Part shown: one piece after another, positions 27,627 through 42,412 of the stretch
Numbering within the stretch: the first letter of the stretch is position 1
How the letters are laid out: each line of letters opens with the position of its first letter
Notes under the pieces: model-generated
Databases searched by the model: none
The model's input: the letters and a program-made list of their open reading frames with translations, nothing else
What the model was told of the DNA's origin: nothing
Translations under genes and position numbers: made by a program
From: Octopus vulgaris
Lineage: Eukaryota
Assembly (NCBI GenBank): GCA_951406725.2
Contig: OX597821.1
Coordinates: 30,442,001 to 30,506,000, forward strand
Length of the DNA: 64,000 nucleotides
Reading direction: 5' to 3'

Positions 27627-30600
27627 TATAATATATTTACCTTAACAGACACACAAATATCAAATAATAACCGCTTTAAAATCTCCGAATTATGTGACGC
27701 ACTGCCTGATTGCTGAAGTTTGTGATTTAGCGTCACCTTGTTACAGTGAACTAATTGACAAAAATGAAATCTAACCGATAGATATAGAAGCGAAATTCTT
27801 TCGAATGATGCCATAGTATTTTGAGACAGGAAGTTATTTTTAAAAAGGCTGTGAGGATTACGGTTGTGAGTATGTGGAAACACATATAGATTTATTCAAA
27901 ATTCAAAATCACTGCTTTTCGGACAGAATTATACCAAGACTATTAGAACATATATATCGATTGCGTATCCGCTTAGTCTGTAGTCAATATGTCATTATAA
28001 TAGTTCTAAAGTTTGAATTTATATTACGTCACTCCTTATTTATAGCAGGAAGAAAGAGGGAATGTTATGATGAAAGACAGATAGTAAAAGGCATCCAGCA
28101 ATATTTCAGGTCATGTTCGAGGAGAACATTTTCTATTTTGAAATGCCAATATGTAGTGTGTCAGAAACCTAAGTGAAGAAAAATCTGTTCTTACATCGAT
28201 GAATTTGTGATTAGCAGAGATAAAGGAATTACACATAATTTTGAAACTCATTTTATATTATTCTTGGTAAATTCTTTGAAACTTTGGTTCTAACCAACAG
28301 TATTTGGTTGAAAACGACATCGTTAGGAGAATCATATTACTCAAACATGATAAACTCATTAATTAACAGCAAACTAAATATAATAATTCCCTTAGGCGAC
28401 TGAACTCAGCAACTCACTGAAAAATAATACCACATAAAGGAATTTTTCGCAATACTAGAAAATATTAACGTCTTGCATTTAAATGCAATAGGGACGAATA
28501 AAAAAATATCCTTTGCAAATATTCTCTGAGACTTCACTTATTTCCGCTACACGCGGAACCATCCCGCTCAGTAACCTTCATTCTCATTTTTGCGTACATT
28601 CAGATCAATGCAAAGAGAGAATTATCCAAGGGCATTCTAGTCGGATTTATACTGTTGTTAATGAGATGGTTGATACTGTATTATTTAATATAATTCCATG
28701 TAAGATAGGTGAGTATGTTAAAAGAGGGGTTTGATTGTAATATCTAGCTGGTCTTACAGCGAAGTGAGATATGTTTGTTATCAAGCGTTCATGATACCCT
28801 TATCTGATAAACATTTGAGTTTTACAAAAGAAAAGAAATAGTGCGGTGCATAGTTCGAGTAAAACAATTCTGGATTAGAATATTTTTCCTGGAGTCAAAC
28901 CTCAATTCCATATAATCCTAGAAGATAAAAGTTTGTAATGAGAAGAGTGTAACTTGTGCATAGGAATCCTTCGATAGTTCAAGAGAGCAAAACTGCAAAG
29001 AATCGGCTGAATTAATCTATCACCCAATTACTGATGATTAAACCATTCACGAAAAAAGCACTATCTTTTTACTTGCTTATTAAGTGTTCTGATGATAACA
29101 TGACATCCATGGCAGTCTTGTTTTTACGATGAACTGGTATCCGGTTTTGTATGGACAAAGAAAGTATGTACACTTTGAAATGAGTAATGGAAGAGGTTAT
29201 CAGCTATTTTCTATTTAATTCTTCTTATTTTCTTGTCTTTTCTAACTGCAAATTGTTAATACTTATTACAGGCAAATTGCACCAACGAATGAACTGGATG
29301 AATATAGAATTGGGAGTTAATATTATAAGCACGAATATATCCTATTTTAACTATGTGTCTTTGTATCTTGATTATTTTAGTCATATGATTCTTTTAATAT
29401 GATTGAGTAATGAATGGTCGAAGAAACTGATGCTCATTATAGGAAGTAATGATAAGAAAGAAGAATAAAAAAATAAAATGATGCCATAAACGTCTAGTGG
29501 ACCATATTGCGTTATTGTTCTTTCATGACGTCACCAGAGAAGGCGAAAGTGGATTTCGTCTGTTTTTAGTCTTCATGGTACAATACATCGTAGATATCTG
29601 CCTGTTGACCATAGTAGATTAAACTTTATAAACTCCATAATTCTGTCGTTTGGTGCATTACCAATTTAATACATATTAATTTTATATAGGAATTTGAACT
29701 TTATTAATATTCGAAATGTGACTAACACATTTAGAACATGAGTTAAATCAACAAGAAACAGCCTTGTTTCAATGTCCATCTGAATATTACGCTTTTCTCT
29801 TTTCCCCTAAAGAAGTATACATTGACCTCAGACATAATTCTCCATTGATTTGATATTAATATTCAACATAAACGGTTGTAGCTTGCAGAAATGTTATGTT
29901 GTGACATCCATTTACATTCTCAGATGAAATCCCACCGTGGCCGAATTTGCCATGTTAGACATCCTGTATCTGTCGATAAAATTATGTAAATGAAATACTA
30001 GGTGGATTAAAATATTTGGCCTTGTACCAATGTTGAATCAATTTACAACAATACTGCTCAATGTGCCAAAACTAGCCATTGAAAACTCTTAATCGATTAT
30101 GCTGATGCCATTAACAATCCATTTCTGATTATTCTAAGCTTTGCGTTTTTGTGCTTCTGTTCAAAAATGACTTTATTTTCTTTTTCTTCCAGTGCAAAAA
30201 AAAAAATAGTTTTCATGTGAAGACCTCGCCCAAGAGATAAATTCCCATTCAAAACTAGTTTGTCTGGAACAAGCAATCTATACTGACTGACAAATGAGCG
30301 GTATAAAAGTGCTGAACGAAGAGTTTTTGTAAGCATAAAAGTATGGAATACAGATATGGAATGCATGGCATCAGTCCTTATTAGATAGTATCTAAAATAA
30401 CTGTTCATGATAAATATTATCTTATATTACAGTACTTGTTAACAATTTGGTCACAATAAAAATCCATTTCGGCAGTTTTTTTCTTATTATTTTTCTCTTC
30501 AATAAACACTCATTCTAAATTTCTCTTGATTATTTGTCAATTTGATTCCTTAGACGTATATACCTTCGTGCTGTGCCTGTTTGTTTGTTTGTGTCAGAAC

Positions 30601-31937
30601 CCAAAAGAGGATTTTTGATTCCTTGCAATGCAAAAAAAGAGCAGGAGTCAATCGTCTTAGTATAATAACTTATGCTGTTTCGTACAGATTGTCTTCAAGA
30701 ACATTCGTCCTCTTCCTGCCACATATTTTAAAGCTGCTTTAATATTGATGGTGCTCTTGTTGTACATTCAGTACCTCTTGAATAAACATATATATGTATG
30801 AGTGCAATTCAGCTCTAACAAATTATAATGACTATCTGTTAACTCCTTGAATTTTCCCAGTAACACAACAACAAACCAATCTGTTATCTACCACAGGTAA
30901 ATTCAATGAGTAATATTAGATATTTACATGTCAGTTTTGCATCTTGTAACGGCTCTTAACTCATTTAAAATATATAGTTATATGAGTAAAATAGTTAAAT
31001 GATATGTACAGCATATTCTAAGAATTTCTGTTTTTTACTCAAAACTTATTGCGTTCGAAGAATATATTTCAAATGCATAGAAACTGTAAATCATCCCATG
31101 AGTTAACTGCATCTTCCTAAAGAGTCAGCTTCTTCCTATTAGTACCATTTCGCGGCGGTTCTTTGTAGTTATAACTATATGTAAAGTTAATAATTTGTGT
31201 CAGTTACCACCACTCTTTGGGCATTTTTGCCATAGAAAGTGCTAAAACTGGTCAACATTCTCATAGGTAGAAGTGAATCTATTACATTATTGTAATTGAT
31301 ATTTCTTACAAATATCAAATTGAAATTCACGATAAAGATTTTCCATTTTCATGCACGAGGTTGCAGAAAGTTGATCTTTTGAGAAGAAAGGCCTGTGTAT
31401 TGTGATCACCACACAACCTTGCATAGACTAATAAGTCTTAAGAAGATAGGGAACAGATGAGTTGCTGGGAGCCTAGCCTGTTCCGACATATAGATGGCAT
31501 GATATGAACGATGGAAAAGTAGAATTAGACAGCGCATCTGTGTAACAACAGCTACAACCTATTTGTGATTGACTTTTTTGTGATGCCAGTCTGTAAGATA
31601 TCCTTTCTCTTGATCCATTGTGAGATGTTTTCATTTGTCACAGTAGCACCTTTACATGTCTGAAATAAAAAAAAAAAATTATGCGGGGTTGTCGGTGGCT
31701 CGTAATTAATTCAAGTCACAGTTATATGAGCTTCCCATGACGGAATTTCATACTATCGCACGTTTCAATGTATTATTCAATAACCCAGCCAAAGAGAACT
31801 ATCTTCTTGCTTTGAGCAAATCAGTTACAAATTTTGAAGTGTCTACCACTGTGTTTGACACATGTAAATTTTATGAAGATTAAACAGTCTCAGCTTCTAC
31901 GGAGCATATCTAACGTCAAAAATTATTTAAACAAGAT

Positions 31938-31998
<61 letters not shown>

Positions 31999-33489
31999 GT
32001 GTGTATCTATCTGTGTGCGCGGGCGTGGGTATTCTAAAATATGGTAAGAAAAAGAGGGGGCGATTTGCAATTAACTGTTTAATCTTACTGAGAAACTGAC
32101 GGGTTTTTTAAATGATCAGTACGAAGCTTTGTTGCCAAATGTTTGGTGAGTAAGCAAGTAAGTAGTGGGCTTTAATTTAACTGAAAATAATTGTAGTTCT
32201 GTGATGAATAATTCGGAAAAGTGTTTTGTGTATAACTGTGAGAGGTCAAATACGTAGAGAATAATGAGAAAGGAGTCACAGGTGGATTTGACTGCAACAG
32301 GTATATAGCTAAAACTCCGAGGAAGCATAATTAGCTGTAACATTGATATAATAGATATATAAACGAGATTGTGAGCTGAGAGTTTGTGTTTGTCATGAGT
32401 TGTTGAATCAATCTTACCTAATACATAGCAGTGACTTTTTGCCGATGCATAATAGAATGTCTTGCACCATAATTTACATGAGAGAAATACAGTATTGTGG
32501 GAAATATTTATTCACTGTAGATGATCATGAATTAATCACGGCTTTTATATTTTCGTACTGTTGCGATATCATATCGACAAAATTAAGTTGCATTCCTTTA
32601 ACGGTACTAAAAATAAAACAAAGTTAGATCGGAATGAAATCCAATATCCCAAGGGCGACACTATAAATACTGAAGCAATTAACTAGAATTCTATTCAATT
32701 TTCTTTTCCTCTAGGAATACTTTATATCAATCGTATAGTCAACAACGCGTTTGTCAGTAAGTGAAATGTCCATCCTCTAGATATTATATCTTATCTCCTT
32801 CCCTTCTGCTTGAATATTTCATAATTTAACTTTTGAAATTACTCCGAACGCATAGGGTCCTATCAATATATATATATATATATATACACATATTAATATA
32901 CATAAAAATGAACTTCCACACATAAATAAACAACACGTACAAATATAAATATATGCGTGTACACAAGCATATAGTTGTAAACTTGCATATTGGACATAAA
33001 TAAGGTTATTTTAAATGAAAAGCAAGACAAAGTTACAACGGAATACACAAAGGTTATTCTCAACTACAACGAAAATGTGTATAGATTTTTGGTCAACACT
33101 ATATGTGTATACATCTATGTATCTAGACAGAGAATGTGTTGGTTAATAACCTACATATATTTTGTGTTGTAAGGTCTAGCACTGAAACAAAGATCGCTTA
33201 AGGCACGAGTAATTTATAAATGTACACACAAACACTAAAAGGCATCCACTTAAATAGCTACAAAATATGCATGGTAATTTATGTAAATAGACTCATTATT
33301 CATATATATGTACGTATATATAGGCAAATATGTTTGTAAATGCTTAACTGAATCTATCATTTTGTAAATGTATGTATATGTAACTATATACGTCATATAT
33401 TTGTATTTCAAATATCCAAGTTCCCCTATTCCCCTTTCTTTCGGCTTTTCTCTCAGCATGTATGTTTGTATGAGAGAGAGAGAGAAACT

Positions 33490-33630
33490 GTGATAAGAAG
33501 CTTGCTCCCTAACCACATGTTTCCGGGTTCATTCGCACAGGACTTCGATTTGTTCGACTAATAACTTTCAAGGCTGTGCTCTAGCACGGCTGCAATCAAA
33601 TGACTGAAACAAGTAAAAGAATAAAAGAAT
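33490..33630 (+). mobile_element. SINE family B, internally deleted
   Basis: GCTTGCTCCCTAACCACATG...TGACTGAAACAAGTAAAAGA. Confidence 0.7.
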
Positions 33631-33821
33631 ATGTAGGGATTTCCTATAAACCTATAAAAATTTATCGTAAATAGCAAAACCTATTTCACCATCAGCTACA
33701 ATGTCATGAATTGCGATGTGTTCCGACAGATTTATTTTGGCGGGGTGGTGGTGAAAATACTAATACAACCAAACAGTTTTTTTTAATCACAGTGTCAATG
33801 TTAACATAAATAAACAAAATA

Positions 33822-34052
33822 AAGCGGCGAGCTGGCAGACACGTTAGCCTTGTGGGTTGTAAAGAAATGGGTATTTCGTCTGCCGTTACGTTCTGAGTTC
33901 AAATTCCGCCGAGGTCGACTTTGCCTTTCATCCTTTCGGGATTGATAAATTAAGTACCAGTTAGGCACTGGGGTCGATGTAATCGACTTAATCCGTTTGT
34001 CTGTCCTTATTTGTCCTCTCTGTGTTTAGCCCCTTGTGGGTAGTAAAGAAAT
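33822..34052 (+). mobile_element. SINE family A
   Basis: GCGGCGAGCTGGCAGA head through GTGGGTAGTAAAGAAATA tail. Confidence 0.9.
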
Positions 34053-34693
34053 ATATAAACAAAATTTTGAAGGATAATGTAATATAGAATGTATTGTACT
34101 CAACACAATGATGCTGACCTCTTTAGCATTAACCACGGCTTATATGTCTAAACATCTTACAGCACAACGTAACAGCTAAGCTTATAGGAAGGTTTCTGTT
34201 TAATAAATGACTGAAATTTCTGCTGGCCTTTTTCTCTATAAATGCCAAACTTTCAACTTTCTTCTCCTCAGCGAAATGAAGTGGCATGGTTCGAGCCCCC
34301 ATACCTTGCACTTTCACTTAATTGCTTTCTCACTGCACCAGTTCCTCATTAAGTAAAGTGTATGGGAGCGATGCAGATCTATCAAATCATCTTCAACTTC
34401 TTCAAACTATACGTCATTTGTACGTGCCAGAATATCGCCTCATTGTATGGTGTAGGTCTTTCTTTGTTGAAAATAATATATGGCACAGATTGAATCTGAG
34501 CAGAGGTTTTGCCACACTCGAGAAATAGCCAAGAGTTTCATTTCATAATTGAATCATCCATGTTATATATTGCATATGTGATTTTCAAATGTTTCAAGAA
34601 GATCCTACTTCTTATGAATATGTGCTTTGAGCACATCCCATGAATTTAATCGAGTCACATTGATTCGTTGTATATAACAGATAAATTATTTTC

Positions 34694-34744
34694 TCCGTGA
34701 AGGCAAAGAATTTCTTATACAGAGCCAGAAATCCGGGATCTGGA
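34694..34744 (+). ncRNA. Decayed hammerhead-like motif near the end of a Penelope-like repeat (to ~34890, then (TA)n)
   Basis: UCC..UGA-A-GGC(...)GCC-A-GAAA-UCCGGGA-UC^UGGA; core partly deleted. Confidence 0.35.
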
Positions 34745-34889
34745 ATTATCCAGTATTTTTTTCCAAGTTTATTTTGTCTCTTTGCCTTCTCTCCTGGTGC
34801 TGTATGAATATTTAATGTGGTTTTAGAGTCAAGTTTTGGTTGCTATATCTAGCATGTTGGTATCACTTAGATACCCTTAATTATAATGT

Positions 34890-35023
<134 letters not shown>

Positions 35024-35375
35024 TTCGTTATGTGAGAATGTGTAAGTAAATAAGCAATTAACCTATTGGTGACTAGCCAACGATAAGCGTTAAGCTTGCT
35101 GTTGTGGCTGCTATACAAGCTAATTGCTCCAAGTCAGTGAATACGTAATTGTGATGAAGTCTGACAGCTTTACAAACGGGTGAGACTTATCTCTAATAAC
35201 TTTTCTATTGGTAACAGTCAAGAAAATGTACTCAGAAACTGAACATCTAGTATAATATGTGTTTCTGTCTGTCTGCCTATACATGAATATACATGGCAGC
35301 ATGTGTGTATGTGTGTGTTTATAGGTATATATACCCCCTTCCTCCAACACAAATATATGTATATTACTGGCGGTG

Positions 35376-35413
<38 letters not shown>

Positions 35414-35508
35414 TATATATATATTTATATAATTATTTGGGGGAATATAAATCCTAACTTACATGGAAAAAAAATTCAATTTAGAAATACTAAATCAAAA
35501 TTAATACA

Positions 35509-35564
<56 letters not shown>

Positions 35565-35710
35565 GAAAAAAAGCACCGTTTATCAATTAAAAATGAACAA
35601 TTAAATTACACCATCTCGAAAACTACATATAATAGAAGTATTAAAATTAAAATAGCAATAAATTATCAATGATTAAGTAAATTGCGAAAAACAATAAAAA
35701 TGTATACAAT

Positions 35711-35750
<40 letters not shown>

Positions 35751-35752
<2 letters not shown>

Positions 35753-36115
35753 TCTTTACTCTTTTACTTGTTTCAGTCATTTGACTGCGGCCATGCAGGA
35801 GCACCGCCTTTAGTCGAGCAAATCGACCCCGGGACTCATTCTTTGTAAGCCCAGTACTTATTCTATTCATCGGTTGTCAAGCAATGCTAGGGGGACAAAC
35901 ACAGACACACAGACATATACACACACACTTATATATATATACATATATACATATATACGACAGGCTTCTTTCAGTTTCCGTCTACCGAATCCACTCACAA
36001 GGCATTGGTCGGCCCGGGGCTATAGCAGAAGACACTTGCCCAAGATACCACGCAATGGGACTGAACCCGGAACCATGTGGTTGGTTAGCAAGCTACTTAC
36101 CACACAGCCACTCCT
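35751..36115 (-). mobile_element. SINE family B
   Basis: High identity to the other B copies, with a small internal deletion. Confidence 0.9.
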
Positions 36116-36116
36116 A

Positions 36117-36680
36117 ATATATCATTCCAAAAGTAATGTTCGGACTTCTATATGTTCAATTTGTAAATGTTTTAACAGTATTTTAAAAAGTATAATAGTA
36201 TCAAATAATATTTATATGTATTTGGACATTTTGCAGGATAATCTAATTGAAATTTCACTAATTATTGTTCTTCAAACATGGAAGTATCTAAGGAGAATTT
36301 GAGGTACATAATGCTTCATAAGTTTAAAACTGGGAATTCTGCAGCTGAACGGACTCCAAATATTGATTCAGCTTATGGGGAAGAGTGCCTGAAAGAAAGA
36401 ACTTGTTGAAGATGGTTTGTAAAATTCAGAAATGGAGATGTCAGCCCTGAAGATGAGGCCTGAGCAAGACATCCAATTGAGTTTGATAACAACCCCCTCT
36501 TGGCAGAACTTGAGAAAGAGCATGCATTTTCAGTTGAAGAATTGAGAAGCAAGCTTCATCCAAGCCATGTTCAACAGCTTGGAAAGGTCCCAAAACTCGG
36601 AAAATGGTGCCTCGTGATTTATCTGAAGTCAACCGCAAATCCTGAGTGGACATCTGTTTTTCTGTTCATTCTCATGAAGT
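36117..36680 (+). mobile_element. Mariner transposon remnant (TIR-like end + N-terminal transposase pseudogene from 36278)
   Basis: MEVSKENLRYIMLHKFKTGNSAAE...AYGEECLKERTC*RWFVKFRNGD...GKVPKLGKW, then a frameshifted WVPHEL-like motif; TTCCAAAAGTAATG TIR-like end. Confidence 0.85.
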
Positions 36681-36684
36681 CATT

Positions 36685-37240
36685 ATATATACACACAACT
36701 AGATCCGCATGTAAACTCGCTGCCTGCACATTCTAACATTTCAAATCCACTGCGCAGACGCAGTTTATTTCCGGCGACAGAGAGGATGCCGGTAAAATTT
36801 TGAACAAATTTATCAGAAAATATTTAAACATAATAAATAATACTAGAGTAATAGGAATTATAGAAATCATTATTTCCAGTGGCCTACAACAAAAAATTAA
36901 TCAATAGACTATATATTATTCTGTCGCCGGAAGTAAACTGCGTCTGCGCAGTGGATTTGAAAAGTTAGAATATGCAGGTAGCGAGTTTACATGCAGATCT
37001 AGTTGTGTGTATATTTAAAGTCTGAAGGCTACCTACTGATGAAGACTGGTCTCAGTAAATATATATTATTTACTGAAATTAGTCAGAAACCATGGTCTAG
37101 GAACTAAATTAGACACTAAACCTTTTTTAATTTTCATTCCTTTCGAGAATTTATCCCTAATTAATAGTTAGGGTTTTCTATTGCTATTTCTAGCACAAGG
37201 CTTTCCTATTTGGAAGCCTCTTAATGTGTTTTAGTGTACA

Positions 37241-37243
<3 letters not shown>
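36685..37243 (+). mobile_element. Penelope-like repeat with inverted 5' duplication and HHR, ending in (TA)n
   Basis: ~95-bp inverted arms at 36685-36781 and 36919-37014; HHR at 37032-37101. Confidence 0.7.
37032..37101 (+). ncRNA. Type I hammerhead ribozyme (Penelope-type)
   Basis: CCUA-CUGAUGA-A-[long stem II GACUGGUCUCAGUAAAU/AUUUACUGAAAUUAGUC]-A-GAAA-CCAUGG-UC^UAGG; palindromic stem III; cut predicted after 37097. Confidence 0.85.
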
Positions 37244-37284
<41 letters not shown>

Positions 37285-37428
37285 GCACGCACACACTTAC
37301 ATAAAAGCTGCCTGACTAGGGTTTTCTAACTGACCGAGCCTGTCTCTATCGCCCGGTATACCATTACTACTGGACTCGGGGAAGGTAGCAGTGAAACCCG
37401 TTGTTAATGCCACAGATGGACTTCCTGT

Positions 37429-37478
<50 letters not shown>

Positions 37479-38934
37479 AATGTCACCATCATCTGAGAGA
37501 ATCACTATGCATAAGAGACACATGTCGGGAAAAACATGACTAAAAGGAAGAAAATAAATGTAAAACCTGCATACTAAAAGCAAAGCGAACAAAATATGAA
37601 TGAACGGGTTCCATGCCGCATGTACGAACTATGTAAAATTTGTGTAATGGTATGTAGATATAGGGACAAATTGCCGCTTTGCCTATTCTATACCTGGTCA
37701 TAACTATTCTCATGGAAATAGTTTCTTCCCAATAAGAAAAGAAAGCAACTGACAGCATATCTGAAGAATCCCAAATCAAACACATCACCAGCTATCAAAG
37801 AAGTATCACAGGAAGTTACACAAGCAGAATCTCTACTTCATCTCCTTAAATTGTATTGTATCCAATCAAGAACACCAGTATTATGGACGTCTGCTACACT
37901 TATATTATAGTACATATTAACAATGTGGAACTAAGAATGTATGGTCTAAAGCAAGATAAAGGTATATATCATATAGCTAGCACGAGAATCATATCCAGGC
38001 TGATGTTGTACGGAACTGATTAAAAATCTGTTTAAAATGGGATGTTGAAAAATTATTCACCTAAGATTCAATAACAAAAGCCATATTAATTTTCACTTGT
38101 CCCTGAGAGAACAGCCAATACCTGCAAGAATGTCATTCCTAGAGCATGAGAGTCATTACGAGAGGAGAATAATAATTTCCATTTGTTTTATTTAAATAAA
38201 TTAATAGAAACAATAGAAAGATAATTCGGTGCGTTACAAGAAAGGGTCACTGCTCGACGAAAATATTTCACTGAATGCAGGTCTCAGGAGTATAAATGAA
38301 ATTCTAAATGAATAAGTACAACGACGTTTCATTTAAACTCTGGATGATGCAAAAATATAAAAATATTTTCCTCATAATTTCGTCAATTAAGATACGCAGA
38401 GAAATGGCAACCATCGGTTACGTCAAATTTAAAGGGAAGGTTGCAATATTGACCATTGATGAAAATAGCTAATTTCGAAAAGTTTAAAAAGGAGATGTAA
38501 TATGACTTATCCGCAACAAAAAAAAGTAAGCAGATGTTAAAAATTAAAAGGTCTATCTCTCTGATCTTACACTTCAGTAAATTCATGGAACACATTGTCA
38601 GAGAGAAGCTGATTGTACCAACCGCAGAATGATGACTTGCTTAATGACACGCAACACAGCTTCCAACCAAGCAGAGTTTGCCTCATACATCTAACATTAG
38701 GCTACTGAAACAAAGCTAAATCATTTAAATATTAATATAACATATTTCGACTTCGTTAAGTGTTTTGCTAAAGCGGATTAAAACATCATATATAACACAC
38801 GATATGACCTTAGCGTACTTGAAAACTAAAGGAGTCATCTGTTTAAAAATTAACATGACTTCGTTAACTGCTGACACCGTCTATTGCTGCTAGGGATTCT
38901 CTTTCGTGGGGGGGGGGGACATTAATTCTAAGCA

Positions 38935-38980
38935 AAATCCCTCAAGGAATTGTACTGGGACCATTACTGTTTGTGATGAC
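38935..38980 (+). pseudogene. Non-LTR reverse transcriptase motif remnant (CR1/L2-like)
   Basis: PQGIVLGPLLFVM; a FSKAVDS motif also occurs at ~39342. Confidence 0.55.
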
Positions 38981-41294
38981 TCTCATTACAGTGCACACGA
39001 TTGTTGCCATAAACAAGGGAAGTCCCTGTAGGGGAATATGTACTTGGACTGTTTATTTAATCTCATTAATATGGGGCAGACGGTTTTGTGATATTATTTA
39101 CCGTTACTACTTTATTACATTCTAGGATTTAGATTAGCAAAAAAGACCAATATAGTTCATAATATTTTTGTCGGTGATCTATATACATGTCTACATTGTA
39201 AACTATCTTAATAAGAAAAACTTTATTGATTAGAACTTTACTACACAGATAGACTGCAGCTGTTTTTAAAATGCTTGTAATATGACAAGGAACGTAACGG
39301 AATTGTGTTCCAGAATTAAGCAATTAAAATCAGTTGTCGCTTTTTCTAAGGCTGTCGACAGTGAGGCTAAGTATACATTGCAATTGATGAAAATCTGTTG
39401 TATAAAGGTGCTGTGAATGTAGAATGTCCATAAGGGATTTTAAAATACTTAACAGAAAATTATGAATAGAATTATTTTCTGTGCATTTCCATTGCTATTA
39501 AAACTTGAAATATTCCAACATTTGATAGAGGTTTCTTCGAGTAGATTGGGTTTCAAATTTCAGAGTGAAACCCGCAATACAACTTTATAAGTGATGTATG
39601 GTGTCATTTACTTTATGTACGGTACCATTTATTTTACAAGCGATACATGGTATCATTCAGTGAGGTATGGTTTCATACATGAGAAACAATAGCAAAAAAA
39701 AATATTTTTTCACAGCTCAAACGTGACTGCATCACGCAGTGCCTTTGGCTTCGTGAAACAGCTGTCGCATACTCTTCTCTCGCCGGCTTTCCATGATTGT
39801 TGTTATTTGTCGCGCACTTATAGGAAAATAACTGATAGCATTTGACATTTCTCAGACATGTCAAACGTACATACGCGTTGCAAATGTAATTCTTTTGGTT
39901 ATAAATTACAACACGATTAGAACAAAACCAAATCACTAAAATGCTGCTAAGATCTTATATTTTTTTGAACTTGCACATATCTAGCAGAAACTAACACAAG
40001 GGTTTGTGAATTTTCTTTATACTGTGAAATTGTAGTTCCTTTTTGAAGTAAAGGCTGACGGAACAACCAAATATCATACAGAGATGCAGCCAGCCTCTGC
40101 TCAGTGAGTTGGATAGCAACATGTGTCTCAGCGTAGCATATTTGCACACTCACACACTCTCTCTCAGTATCCCACTCATCGCAAAATCACAAAGATATAA
40201 ATGCTGTCATATCGACAACTTATGATAAGAATGCTTTCATTCATTTATCCATTCATGTCTCCGTTCATTCTTTCCTTCTTTCAGATTGTTTGAAAGATTT
40301 CCTCCTTTCCAGAAAGTTTTCTTTGACCTGTTATCTCAGCATTTTCTTCTCCAAACTTTTGAACACAATTTTATATTTCAGTTATCTATGTGATCGTCAT
40401 CACCGATTATATATGTTAACGGAAATAAAAGAAATTGTTGATCTGAAATACATTTCTCCTTTAGCATTATGTTCAATCCATTGAACCCCATAACTGATGA
40501 ATAGATCTACTTAAAAGAGACTTGACCGAAAAATGCTGTCAGTATACTAGCATTCGTCATGCCTGTGCATTTTCCCCGTTAACGCGAAAATGATGTTAAC
40601 ATTAAGAGGATGTACATCATCTTTGAAGTTTGCTACCACCACATAATATATTTCGAATAGCAAGCATGTCAAACCTTAAACAAGCGGAAGCTAGAAAATA
40701 AGAGATAAACAAAAGAGATTGAGAAGCCATTAAATCGCTGCCATATTTCAATGGAAGGCATTGCATATAATATTAGCAGTTGTCACAAAACGCCATAGCG
40801 ATAGTACTTTTCTATGGAGTATGATGTTCTGTCTAAAAAAAAATAGATATCCTTTATCCTCTTTCCGAAGGACTGCACTGGGAGGAATATGTAAAAAAAA
40901 AGATGTTCTTTTCTATAAGCAAGTATTTCTACTCAGAGTCTGGCTCATCAATCAGAAACTTCTTCAAACACAACACACGTTGTGCACGTATAGCGAGGAA
41001 TCAGATGTAATGTGTTGATGTAGAAGTAAAATCAGCACTTTATCTATACAACTGCTGATAATGAATAAACAATTCCTCAATTATTTACTTAATTCTTAAC
41101 TTAATTAAGTGTTAAACTGCGTGAAACAATTGATTGTTGATATGATTATATTACGGCGAGGTATTAATCATTATTTCGAACACGAGAAACACTTCATTTT
41201 TTTTAAAACTCCATTTAAACTCAAATTGATTCTACCTACAATCGGCATTAGGTTTGGACATGGAATCAATGACCTTCGTTTGGAATGTTACTTT

Positions 41295-41555
<261 letters not shown>

Positions 41556-41569
41556 AAATCCTCACTTGG

Positions 41570-42008
41570 TTCAATCATTTGATTGCGGACATACTTAGAA
41601 CGTTTTAGTCGAACAGATCACACCAGGATACTTTTTTAAAGCCTATTACTTAGTGTATCGGTCTGTTTGCCGAAACGCTACGTTACAGGAATAGAAACAC
41701 AGCAACACCGTTTGTCTAGCGGTGACGAGGGCCAACCATGGCGCAGACATATATATATATATAAGTATATAAAACTATGCGAAAGATGTGTCTTCGCTGG
41801 GAGAGATCCACTGTAATATTAATTTCTACTACAGGCACAACATTTGAATTTTGGTATAGGGGATAGCTGATAATATTGACCGCAGTATTCAGCTGGTTCT
41901 TATTTTTTATCGACCGCGAAAGTATGAATTTCAAAGTCTACGTCGGTGGAATTTGAACTCAGAACATGGAGACAGACGAAATACTGCTAAGCATCTCACC
42001 CGGCGTCC
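41570..42008 (-). mobile_element. Diverged SINE B (41570-41735) and SINE A (41829-42008) fragments
   Basis: TCATTTGATTGCGGAC... and GGAATTTGAACTCAGAAC motifs. Confidence 0.7.
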
Positions 42009-42412
42009 TAAGGATTATGCCCGCACGGCGCCTTAAGATCCACTGTAAGGATGTGACTCGGCTTATACAGACAAAGTGAAGGTTTTAGCGATGTACTATA
42101 ATTATCAATAGTGTTTTTTGCTCTGCTTTTTATTTTAAATGAGCACTGAACGAAGGCTTTGATGCAAAAAGTATAAAGTTTGGCATTGGTATACCGAAGT
42201 ATATACACAAGCCTTTTGTATATGGAAGCAATGTAGGTTTGTCGTCATGTTTCTAGGTTGCATATGGACGATACACTGCCGGAGAACGTTTAAAATCAAT
42301 TAGATCATGGAGAATATATATTAACTATTTAAAATTATTTCATTCATTTTTATGAGAACTTATATGAAGAACCCTCGAAACAGAGGAACCGGTTATCTGA
42401 AAAGATTGCACA

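Noticed and set aside
34130-34620. Possible piggyBac transposase remnant (EKAIK*KCKVWGL)
   Set aside because: Only one weak motif; not enough to call.
39725-39772. GAAACAGCUGUC with an upstream hairpin as a hammerhead
   Set aside because: No CUGANGA core correctly placed next to a stem I strand.
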